This document shows, one piece after another, positions 10,135-19,986 of a DNA stretch of 64,000 nucleotides. Made by a program: the position numbers and the translations under genes. Every line of letters begins with the position of its first letter. The first letter of the stretch is position 1. The notes below the pieces were generated by a model. The model had not been told where the DNA came from. It saw only the letters and a list, made by a program, of their open reading frames with translations, and searched no databases. This DNA comes from an uncultured Acidobacteriota bacterium (lineage in GTDB: Bacteria; Acidobacteriota; UBA6911), in assembly GCA_963843575.1 (NCBI GenBank), contig CAWJKZ010000012.1:32001-96000 (forward strand), given 5' to 3'.

Positions 10135-12401
10135 ATGAACCATGCACCCCCAAAGCGCGCCCCATGGCGCCCGGCGGGCTTCCGCACGCCGGTGGAGCGG
10201 CTCGTCGAAGCGGTGCTCACCCATTCTTCGGCGCCCAAGTCACCTCCGCCGCGGCTGCGTGAACTCGTGAAACGTGTGCTCGACTTCGATTCGGGGGCGA
10301 CGCGGGTGGTGATACTCGGTGGGGGGACGGGGTTGTCGACGGTCGTCGGCGGCAACTCCCAGATGCCGGACTGGCCGGAGCGCCCCTTCGTCGGCCTCAA
10401 ACAGGAGTTTCCCAGGCTGGACGTGGTCGTGTGCACGACCGACGACGGCGGATCGACGGGCCGCCTGCTCCAGTGCCTTCCGATGATCGGCATCGGCGAC
10501 CTGCGCAAGTCGTGCCTGTCCCTCATAAGGCCGGACAGGCTGCGCGAAACCTACGGCACCGCGGAACACGAGGCGCAGCCGATAGTCCGCGCGGTGCAGC
10601 GGATCTTCAACCACCGTTTCCCCGACAAGGGGAGGCACAAGCGCATTCTCAGGGACCCGCTTGCGCTGCTCCCCGTTGCCCTGCGCCGCAGCTGCCCCGC
10701 ACCGCTGGCCGATACGCTGCGTGCGCTCGCGGCACCGCTGGCCGACCCGGGATCACCGTTGTCCCTCGATCCGGGAGGCCATTGCCTGGGCAACCTGATC
10801 CTGACCTCCGCGGTTTTCCGGGCCGCGGGGGGCGGACCGACCGGGCGCCCGGTCTGGCCGCCGTCGAAGCCGGACTCGACGAGATCGCAGTCCGAATCGG
10901 AGCCCCGCGTCGGCTGCTGCACCCCGCCACCGCCACCCCGGGGCAGCTCAAGTTCCGTTATGCCAATGGAGTCGAGGTCTACGGCCAAAGCAAGTCGTCG
11001 TGGGCGAACCGGCGCTGTCCCGTCGAAAGGGTGACGGCCGAGTTCACCGCACCGCCGGCGGTCAGCACTGCGGTCCTGCGCGCCATCCGCGGTGCGGACC
11101 TCATCATCTACGCCCCTGGAAGCCTGTACACGAGCATCATCCCGATCCTGCAGATCCCCCAGATCGCGGCAGCCATCCGGGAAAACCGGGCCGCGCTGAA
11201 AATCCTCGGCGCGAATTCATGGATTCAGCAGGGGGAAACCGACATTTCGCTGCGGAACGAAGGGCGGGGATTCCTGGTTTCCGAGCTGATCGAGGCCTAC
11301 GACCGCAACGTGCCAGGCGGTGCCCGCGGGCTCTTCGGCGTCGTGCTGAGCGCGAACCTGGAGCAGATCCCCAGCAACATCCTGCGCAACTATGCGCTGG
11401 AGGGCAAGCGGCCCCATCCACCTGGACCGCACCCGGGTCGAGGAGATGGGATTCCAGCCGGTCGAGGCGAGCCTGCTGTCACCCGACCGCATGCAGATGG
11501 CTCTCGTGATCCACCACGACGCGCGGAAATTCGCCCTCGCCGTCCGGACGCTCCTCTGGGCGAGGACCTACATGCCATCCGCCCGGCCGGGCAGGCCTGA
11601 GCACGGACGGCGCAGCACTGCCACGGAAACCGCGGCAGCCCGGAGGGGGCATCCCCCCCTGTGCGCCCAACTGGCCGCGGTGTGCGAAACACTCGGAGGG
11701 AAGAGTATTCAAACCCCGGTCGCTCCGGCAGGTGCTGCTGAAACTGGCCTGGGAAAACCGCGATATCCGGCCCGCGCACCTTTCGGGTTTCCGTGGCGCG
11801 CGGGTCGTTCCTGCGGCGGTATGGAACCGTGAAACGGCATGGGACAACGTCCTGGGCTACTTCGATCCGGCGGACCGCTTTCTCAAGGTTCACGAATGCC
11901 TGCTCGACAACCCAGCCAAGCTGCGCGAAGATCTGCTGGTCGCGCTCGGGGAGTCCTTGCTCGGCAGGTACATCGAAAGCCGTCGCTGGGCCGACGATCA
12001 GGCGTTGCGCAGTTGCGGCGGCCGCTGTTACGAAATCGGGTTGAGGCCTCCCGCCAAGCGGGAGTGTTTCCTGGACGATGCGCGGCTGCGCACGTACCTG
12101 GGGCTTGCGCGCATGAGGCCCGATCCGACCAGACGACAGGGTTTACCGCATCGTGCTCAACGGAAGCGAGAGGTTCCTCCCTTCGGGCATCCTGTTCGGC
12201 CTGATGTTTGCCTGGTACCTGGACAGTGCCTACGGGTCGAAGATGGAATATGAGATGTCGCTCCTGCGCTTTCCGGCCGAGACGCTGATCCCGCACCAGG
12301 TTCAGGAACGCGCACGCAAACAGGCCCTGGTGACCTTTTTCCGCGAGGTGGTTTTCGGACACCCGGAAGAGGAGCCAAGACAGACGAGGATGAATCCATG
12401 A
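10135..12401 (+). CDS. Very long YvcK/GlmR (CofD-like) family protein with a C-terminal extension (several indels)
   Basis: VVILGGGTGLS, VCTTDDGGSTG, GDLRK, HCLGNLIL, IIYAPGSLYTSIIP; consecutive fragments run to 12401. Confidence 0.75.
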
Positions 12402-13320
12402 GAATGATGCCGGTGGCCGCCATTCTGCTGTGCGCCTCCCTGATTGCCGGCTGCGGCCGCAACGCCGGGCAGAAGACGATCGGGGTCTCGCTCCTTACCA
12501 AGGAGCACGTGTTTTACCGGGACATGGAGAAAGCGCTGCGCGACACGGCCGCGAAGCACAACTTCAACCTCATCGTGAACTCCGGCGACTGGGACCTGGC
12601 CAAGCACCAGGCCCAGATCGAAAACTACATCGTGCAGAAGGTCGACGCCATCATCGTGTGCCCTTGCGATTCCAGGGGGATAGGCCCTGCGATACAGAAG
12701 GCGAACTGCCGCCGGCATCCCCGTGTTCACGGCGGACATCCGCGCTGAAGGGGGCGAGATCGTCAGCCAGATCGCGTCCGACAATCTGGCGGGGGGGCGG
12801 CAGGCCGCCGAATACCTGGCCCGGCTGCTCAACGGGAAGGGCGAGGTCGCCATCATCGACCAGCCGATCACGCAGTCGGTCATCGATCGTGTGCGCGGTT
12901 TCATGGAGGTCATGGCCAGGTACCCCGAGATCCGCGTCGTGGCGCGGCCGAGCGGCGAGGGCGTGCGCGACAAATCCATGAAGGCCGCAGAAGATCTGCT
13001 GCAGGGATTTCCCGCGGTTGGCCGGGATCTTCGGCATCAACGACGACAGCGCCCTCGGCGCCCTCGCGGCCGTGGAGGCGGCCGGCCGCAAGGGCATCGT
13101 CATCGTCGGTTTCGACGCGATCCCGGAGGCACGGCAGGCCATCCTGCGCGGGAGCGCCCTGAAGGCGGACGTGGTCCAATACCCGCTCGAGATCGGGCGC
13201 ATCACCATCGAAACCATCGCGCAACACCTCTCCGGGCAGCCCGTTCCCAAGGACATCCCCGTCAAGGTCGGAATCGTGGACGCCTCCAATGCCCGGGAAG
13301 GAGTTCAGACCAACCCATGA
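12398..13320 (+). CDS. RbsB-like sugar-binding lipoprotein (indels)
   Basis: Lipobox LIAGC; QIENYIVQKVDAII, ASDNLAGG, GINDDSALGA, VGFDA. Confidence 0.8.
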
Positions 13321-14158
13321 GCCCAACAATCGACATACGGGTCGCCCACAGCCCGGATTCCGACGACGCCTTCATGTTTTACGGTCTGGCGACCGGCAAG
13401 GTGGCCGTCCGGCGAGTTTCGGTTCACCCACATCCTCGAGGACATCGAGTCGCTCAACCGGAAGGCCCTCAAGGGCGAGTACGAGGTGACGGCGGTGTCC
13501 ATTCACGCCTACGCGTACGTGTCGCCAGCTGTACGCGCTACTGCCCGTCCGGGGCCAGCATGGGTGATCGATACGGCCCGCTCGTCGTGCGCGCCGACCC
13601 TGGAAGCTCGCCGAGCTGAAGGGCAAGACCATCGCCGTTCCCGGGAAGATGACGACCGCCTTTCTAGCGCTGAAACTGCTTGAACCCGAGTTCGAGCCGC
13701 TGGTGATTCCCTTCGACCGAATCATGGCGGCCGTCGATCGACGGCGACCGCCGACGCCGGGCTGCTGATCCATGAGGGACAGCTGACTTACGGGCGAGGA
13801 GGGGCTCCACAAGGTCGTCGACCTCGGGCGAGTGGTGGTTCGAGAAGCACGGGCTGCCGCTGCCGCTGGGCGGCAACGCCATCCGGCGCGACCTCGGGTC
13901 CGGAGCGGATCGACGGTGTCCGCACTCCTGCGCGAGAGCATCCGGTACGGACTCGACCACCGGGAGGCGGCCCTCGAGCACTCGCTCCGGTTCGCGCGCG
14001 GCCTCGAGCCAGCCCAGGCCGACCGGTTCGTTTCGATGTACGTCAACGATCGGACCCTGGACTACGGCCCCGAGGGCCGCGAGCGCGCGCGTACTGCTCG
14101 ATCAGGCGTGGGAACATCGTCTGATCCGTCTCCGGTCAGCCGGATTTCACGGACTGAG
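13317..14158 (+). CDS. mqnD: 1,4-dihydroxy-6-naphthoate synthase, futalosine menaquinone pathway (heavily frameshifted, end approximate)
   Basis: VAHSPDSDDAFMFY, DIESLN, TAVSIHAY, GLLIHEGQLTY, LPLPLGGN, FVSMYVN across frames. Confidence 0.8.
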
Positions 14159-14174
14159 GCGGCCGGGAAATCCC

Positions 14175-14308
14175 AAGGGGTCCGGGCTTCAGCCCGGACG
14201 CTGTTTGCGGTCGCTATAACGTGCGCCCGTCGCCACATAGATCAGATCAAAAGACGTCCGGGCTGAAGCCCGGACCCACTTGGACAGCCTCTGAAGCTCG
14301 GACCCACT
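14175..14308. repeat. REP doublet plus a third partial REP
   Basis: gggtccgggcttcagcccggac - spacer - gtccgggctgaagcccggacccac, then ctgaagctcggacccac. Confidence 0.9.
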
Positions 14309-14381
14309 GACGGTTGACGGAGCGGTTGACCGATCTTAATTTCCATAGTCAGGTTTTACTCCGAAAGGAGGCCATGCAGCA

Positions 14382-14677
14382 GTGCCCATATACGAGTATC
14401 AGTGCTCTAATTGCGGTGAGGTTTTTGAAGCTTTCCAGAAGATTCACGACAACCCTTGTACGGAGTGCAAGTTCTGCCACGGACGGGTCGAGAAGCTGAT
14501 CAGCCACTCCAGCTTTCAGCTCAAAGGCGAGCGGCTGGTACCTTACGGATTACGCGCGCAAGTCCCAACCCTCTTCTTCCGGCAGCGTGGGGGAATCCAA
14601 ACCGGCGGACAAGAGCGACAAGGGAACCGAGTCGAAACCGGCGGCCGCGCCCCGCCAAAGGGAGCAAAACCGATTGA
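14382..14677 (+). CDS. FmdB-family zinc-ribbon protein (indel near 14530)
   Basis: MPIYEYQCSNCG...CKFCHG...SSFQLKG then SGWYLTDYARK in a shifted frame; AAGGAGG RBS. Confidence 0.85.
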
Positions 14678-14684
14678 GGGGGAT

Positions 14685-15198
14685 GTGAACCCACCCAGTT
14701 CTCGGGGAACAGCGCAAGCTGGTCATCCACGCTGCAGACGAGGCGGAGCAGCACACCTCGAGCTATTACTGTTTTCCGCCCCACCGCTGGCAGATGCTTC
14801 GCTACGACCTGCTTACCAGGCAGGATAACGAGTGGGAACCCCTGCCCGAGCGTATTCTGGCCCGGGTTCAACACATCGAGGCGGTCCAACCGGCACGGCG
14901 CTGCAATTACGACTTCTACCGGATCCAGCTGAACGATCCGGGCATCCTGGGGGCGGCTGAACGGGAGAACATCGCCGCCGATCTCTACCCGTTTCTCGTT
15001 TACATCATCACCCACGAACTGGTGCATCTGGTGCGGCTGAGCAGCATCGTGGACGACCGCCGGCACGTCGAGGCGGCGCCCGAGTGCGAGGAGGCGCGCG
15101 TGCAACAAGTCGCGCGCCAGGTGCTTGCGCGCAGCGGACACCGCGGGTTCGATGCCGTGTTCGACAGGTTCTGCTCCCCGCTGTCCGCCGCCGATTGA
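14685..15198 (+). CDS. Small HExxH (zincin-like) hypothetical protein; start uncertain
   Basis: YIITHELVHLVR plus downstream EEARV; frame open from about 14690, with a likely GTG start displaced by an indel. Confidence 0.6.
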
Positions 15199-15277
15199 CT
15201 CCCCACCGGGCTCCTGCAATAATCCCCACCGTGTTCGTCCGTCTCCGGGACGCTGTCACCGGCCAAGGAGATAGCCG

Positions 15278-15751
15278 ATGAAGCAGACCAACGAAATCCA
15301 GATCGGTGAGGAAGCGCCCGACTTCACGTTGCCAAGCCACCTGGGCACAAACGTGTCGTTGAGCGACTACCGAGGAAAGAAGAATGTCGTGCTGGCGTTT
15401 TACCCGGCCGCATTCACACCCGTCTGAACGATCCAGATGCCCTCGTACGAAGAAGACCTCTCCGAGTTCGAGCGGCACGATGCCCAGGTTCTGGGCATAA
15501 GCGCAGACAATACCCATTCCAACAAGGCCTGGGCCAACTCGATGGGGGGAATCTCCTACCCCCTGCTGAGCGATTTCTGGCCCCACGGCTACGTAGCGGT
15601 CAAATACAATGTCCTGCGCTCGGAAGGCATCACCGAGCGCGCCCTGTTTGTGGTCGACAAGCAGGGGATCATCAGGTACAAAGACATACACCCGATTGCA
15701 GACCAGCCCAGGAACAACGAGCTGTTCGAGGCATTGAAGCAACTAAGCTGA
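15278..15751 (+). CDS. Selenocysteine-containing peroxiredoxin (AhpE/AhpC-TSA-like), Sec50
   Basis: IGEEAPDFTL...VVLAFYPAAFTPV-TGA(15425-15427)-TIQMPSY...VLGISAD...ERALFVVD; TGA lies at the PxxxTxxC peroxidatic Cys. Confidence 0.9.
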
Positions 15752-15795
15752 GCTTCCCCGGGGCCGCGTCCCGGAACTGGACGGCCGGAGCACCT

Positions 15796-16485
15796 ATGCA
15801 CGATATCGCACGAAACTGCATCCCGTACACGCCCTTCACGGGTAAGCTGGAGCGTAGCAGGATTTGCCTGGTCACCACGGCGGGGGTCCACCTCAAGACG
15901 CAGCCTCCGTTTGTGCTGGCGGGCGACACGTCGATCCGGCTCTTGCCGGCCGCGGCGCAGGCCGGCGAACTCGTCATCAGCCACGAACACTACGACACAA
16001 CCGACGCGTTGAAGGACATCAACTGCATGTTCCCTGTGGGGATACTGCGCGACCTGGCGGCGGAAGGCTGCATAGAGGCGACGACACAGGAACATGTCTC
16101 CATGGGATTCTCCCAGGCGATGCGGGAAATCCGGGAAAAGACTTCGTTCGAGATCGCCGCCGTCGTCCGCAGGCTGAAAGCGGATGCCGTGCTGCTGACC
16201 GCCGGTTGACCACTTTGCCACCGGACGGTCGTCACGTTACAGCGCGCAATCGAGATGGAAGGCATACCGACGGTCCTGGTGACTGTCGATCCCGAACAAT
16301 CCTGGCAGGCGCGGCCGTCGCGCGCCCTGCACCCCGTCGGCTTCAAACTCGGCAACTCGCTCGGAAACCCCGGCGCCGCCGAGTTGCAGAAGGCGGTCGT
16401 GATGGACGCCCTGGGCATCATGCTCGATCCCCCCGAACCGGGCACCATCGTGGACAAAGAGTATCCCGCCTACTCCACTGCCTGA
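15796..16485 (+). CDS. prdB: PrdB-like (D-proline reductase selenoprotein B family) selenoprotein, Sec138, UxxC
   Basis: TTAGVHLK, LAGDTS, SHEHYD, KDINCMFP, LLTAG-TGA(16207-16209)-PLCHRTVVTLQRAIEMEGIPT; ORFs 15796-16209 and 16255-16485 share one frame. Confidence 0.85.
16210..16250 (+). promoter_or_regulatory. Candidate bacterial SECIS hairpin
   Basis: cggac-GGTC-gtc(a)cg with the loop 17 nt after UGA; ttgc/gcaa lower stem; folded by eye. Confidence 0.55.
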
Positions 16486-16641
16486 ATATTGCCTTCGGGA
16501 TGGCAGGGGGCGTCCGGGGACAGTGCGCCCCCGGGCGGATGGTCGTCCCAGGAGTTCTCTCGGGACCTGACCCCGCGTCCCCTTTTTGTGGATAATAGCC
16601 ACGCACGCGATCGCACTTTGTGCAGACGTCGAGAGGCAGGC

Positions 16642-17715
16642 ATGACTCAAGTGGACGGCCACGTACTGGTTGCCGACGTGGGGGGCACACACGTCGGCAT
16701 CGCTATCTTCGCACACAGCCGGAACGGCAGATTTAAACCGGTCCGGCACGAAACCCTGCTCAGCCGCAAAACTAGGAACTTTCCGGATGCGCTCAGGCGT
16801 TTTCTGCGCCGCAACGGGCGGCTCGAACCCAAGGTCACGAGTGCCTGCATCGATTTCGCCGGTCCGATTGGCCCAGACCGGTCGCGTGCGGTGCTCACAA
16901 ACCTCTCCTGGGGCTTCGGTGCCGACGAGATCCGAGACTCGACCGGCCTCGACGAAGTCACGCTGCTCAATGATTTCGAAGCGGTGGGGCACGGGGTGGA
17001 GACTCTGCTCTCCAACCGGCCGGAGGCGTTCACGCGCATTTCCCGGTCAGGGAAGCTCCCTTCCCCGAAGGGTGCGCGCAAGCCGACCCTGGCCGTCATC
17101 GGCGCGGGGACCGGGCTTGGGACGACGGTACTCGTACACGACGCGGGTGCGGGAAAGTACCGGCCTGTACCCGGCGAGGGGGGGCACACCGACTTCACGG
17201 CCGTCGAGGAAGACGAGTTCCGCATCGGCCAGTGGATCCGACGGAATGTGAACCTTTCCCCGGATGCACCCCTGAACCGGGAGAAGGTGGTCAGCGGCCC
17301 GGGGTTGGTCAACGTCTACCGGGCGCTGTCCGAACTCGAACCTGGCCTGGGCGACCGGCGCATCGCCTCCAAAGTCCTGTCGTCAGACCCGTACGACCGG
17401 CCGGCCGTCGTGGCGCAAAACGCGGACAAGGATCCCCTGTGCCGCAAGGCGATGGACACCTGGATCCGGTGCTATGCCGCCGCCGCAAAGAACTGCGCGA
17501 TATTCCCCCTGGCGCCCGGGGGCGTGTTCCTCGCGGGCGGAATCGCCGCCAAGATCCTGCCGGAATTCCAGTCGGGGGCTTTCATGCGGGAATTCACGCG
17601 CTGCGACGTTCCCAATATCCGGGCCATTCTGAAGCGCATCCCGGTCTTCGTCATCACGGACTACAGGATTGGGCTTTACGGGTGTGCGAATGTGGCGGTG
17701 AACGGCTTGCCGTGA
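16642..17715 (+). CDS. glk: Glucokinase
   Basis: LVADVGGT, LLNDFEA, GAGTGLG, GEGGH, EKVVSGPGL, LAGGIAAK. Confidence 0.9.
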   Translation: MTQVDGHVLVADVGGTHVGIAIFAHSRNGRFKPVRHETLLSRKTRNFPDALRRFLRRNGRLEPKVTSACIDFAGPIGPDRSRAVLTNLSWGFGADEIRDSTGLDEVTLLNDFEAVGHGVETLLSNRPEAFTRISRSGKLPSPKGARKPTLAVIGAGTGLGTTVLVHDAGAGKYRPVPGEGGHTDFTAVEEDEFRIGQWIRRNVNLSPDAPLNREKVVSGPGLVNVYRALSELEPGLGDRRIASKVLSSDPYDRPAVVAQNADKDPLCRKAMDTWIRCYAAAAKNCAIFPLAPGGVFLAGGIAAKILPEFQSGAFMREFTRCDVPNIRAILKRIPVFVITDYRIGLYGCANVAVNGLP

Positions 17716-17748
17716 CAACGGTCGTGCAAGGCGTGCCATCGGCAGGTA

Positions 17749-18921
17749 TCAGGGCCGGTCGCCAACCGCTTCCGACTGCGGCTCGTCCTCGAGCTCCGCG
17801 TGCAGGACCGCCGAAGCTAGTTCCAGGACTCTGGCAAGATCGTCCCCTGCCCCGCAGGTGGCAAACCCGATGTTCATGCGCAGCCCGGCGCAACGCGGAT
17901 CGGGATGGCCCGCCTGCCAGGCCCGGAAAACACGCCTGATGTGGCTTACCCTCGAGGATAGCCGCTCCGGGGTCACGCCGGGAAACAGGAGCAGCAGCTC
18001 GTCGCCCCGGTGCAACGACACGGAATCGCGCCCTTGGAGGCTTCCCGCGAGCACGTTGCGGATCTCGAGCAGCGTCTTGACCGCAGGCGACAGCACCCCC
18101 GGGCGGGGTTCCGGGCTTTCAACCTGCAGGAGCACCACCGACAGCGTATCCGGCTCCTCGATTCCTTCGGGCGGACGCCCGACCTGCGGGGCCGGGCCTT
18201 CTCGGACGGTGGCGGAGGCAAGCAGCCGGACGTGTCCGATGATCCCGGCGAGGACCCGGAGTATCCTCACGTGGTTTTCGCGGAAATAAGACGGGGTGGA
18301 GTGGCCCAGGATCAGCATCCCCACGTCTTCGCCCTGGTGCGTAACCGTTGCGCACACAAGTGAACGGACCACGCTCGGCCAATCGACCGCCTGGAAACGA
18401 GCATCCCGGTACACATCGGGGATATTCAGGCTGTTGTCAGGGCCCTCTTTGGCCAGGTTTGCCACCACTTCGTAGGACCGCGGGCTGCCGGAGAGGCTCC
18501 CCCCGCCGTGGATGCGGAGGAACTCGTGATCCTCGCGCGTGCCTTCCAGACAGAACGGTTGGCCATCGTTTTCCAGCCCGAGGTGGAACACCATCCCGCA
18601 ATACTCGGCCTCGAAATCCTCCAGCACACCGTGCGCGATGTCGACACAGATCTCCTCGACATCTACTTTATACTTTATCTTCTCGATGATCCGGCAGAAT
18701 GCCGACAGGAATTCGATGTTCTCTTCGAGCAGGCCGTTGACCTCGACGATGGCGCTGCGGTAGCTCGCGATAATCCTCTCGAAGAGGGCCCTCTCCTCGG
18801 AGAACGGTTCGACGATCGACGGCTCGTCCTCCGATGCCATGTCCTTCAGCTCGGCGTGCTGCCTCGCATCGTGCAGCAGAATTGCCTCGATGCGTGATCG
18901 TACCCTGCCCTCGATGTCCAT
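17749..18921 (-). CDS. GAF domain protein with a degenerate GGDEF-like C-terminus
   Basis: NIPDVYRDARF, VRSLVCA, YFRENHVRIL (GAF); HRGDELLLLFPG and MNIGFA (GGDEF-like). Confidence 0.6.
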   Translation of the reverse strand: MDIEGRVRSRIEAILLHDARQHAELKDMASEDEPSIVEPFSEERALFERIIASYRSAIVEVNGLLEENIEFLSAFCRIIEKIKYKVDVEEICVDIAHGVLEDFEAEYCGMVFHLGLENDGQPFCLEGTREDHEFLRIHGGGSLSGSPRSYEVVANLAKEGPDNSLNIPDVYRDARFQAVDWPSVVRSLVCATVTHQGEDVGMLILGHSTPSYFRENHVRILRVLAGIIGHVRLLASATVREGPAPQVGRPPEGIEEPDTLSVVLLQVESPEPRPGVLSPAVKTLLEIRNVLAGSLQGRDSVSLHRGDELLLLFPGVTPERLSSRVSHIRRVFRAWQAGHPDPRCAGLRMNIGFATCGAGDDLARVLELASAVLHAELEDEPQSEAVGDRP

Positions 18922-18936
18922 TTGAGCAACTGTCCT

Positions 18937-19767
18937 TCAGGACACGCTGAAGAACTCCTCGATATCGACCCGGCGCTCCTCGGCGAACCGGGAGATCCGT
19001 TCGTATTCTTCCGGGCTCACCGCCAGAATCTTCAGGAGCCGCGGTATTCCATCCACTTTCGAGTCGCCGTCATAACCGATCAGCGCCTGTTTTATGACGA
19101 GGTCGGCGAGGTTGACGGCGCCGACGATCGAAGCCCCGCCGGCGCCGGCGTCGTGATGCTTCAGGACCACATCCGCAAGCTCCGCCGGCAGATGCCAGTG
19201 CGTGGCGAGCATCGCACCGACCACCGCATGGTCGACGCCGTAGCACTCCCGTTCCAGGGTGCTGATGTCGGACTCCCCCTTGTCCCCGGAGAACAGGATG
19301 CTGTATCGGGCGGCGTCTTTCTTGAAGAACACGACCTTTCCAAGGTCGTGCAGCAGACCGCAGAGGAAAGCGAATTCGCCGTCTTTCTCGCTGCTCCTCG
19401 GGGTCCAGATCTGCTGGGCGAGCAGTCCGGTGCCGAATGAATGCATCCAGAGCTTGTGGATTTGGGCCGCTTCGGACCTCATCCCTTTGATGAAGGACTC
19501 GAAGATATTCACCCCGATGGCGAGGCTCTTGACGAGGTTCATGCCCAAGAGCGGGATCGCGTGGGAGATCGTCTTCACCTCGCTCCGGAAGCTGTAGAAG
19601 GCCGAATTGGCAAGCTTCAGTATCCTCGCCGACAGAGAGGGATCATGCAGAATCAACTCCTCGAGGTCCCGCGCCGAGGAGTTGTTGTCATCGAGCACCT
19701 GGATGATCTTGCTCAGGACGAGAGGGATGCTGGGCATCTCGAAGTTTTTGTCGAACCGAATGGACAT
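18937..19767 (-). CDS. HDOD domain protein
   Basis: PSIPLV, DPSLSARILKLANSAFY, LWMHS, GLLHDLGK, DHAVVGAMLATHWHLP. Confidence 0.9.
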   Translation of the reverse strand: MSIRFDKNFEMPSIPLVLSKIIQVLDDNNSSARDLEELILHDPSLSARILKLANSAFYSFRSEVKTISHAIPLLGMNLVKSLAIGVNIFESFIKGMRSEAAQIHKLWMHSFGTGLLAQQIWTPRSSEKDGEFAFLCGLLHDLGKVVFFKKDAARYSILFSGDKGESDISTLERECYGVDHAVVGAMLATHWHLPAELADVVLKHHDAGAGGASIVGAVNLADLVIKQALIGYDGDSKVDGIPRLLKILAVSPEEYERISRFAEERRVDIEEFFSVS

Positions 19768-19986
19768 GCTCTCGCGCGTTGCTTGCATTGGTGATGTCCT
19801 TGATTTAGGAGTTGCGGCAGCTTGCCAAACCGCTGGATGCCGCCGTACCAAGCCTGCCCTCTACTCTTCGTTCAACTTTTTGAAAACCTTTAGGTTTCCG
19901 CTGCGCGAGCCCTAACGCAACAAGTGGGTCAAATCCGGACGAACAGAGGTAATTCACGGAGGATGCGGCGTGGCGAATGTCGCCCT

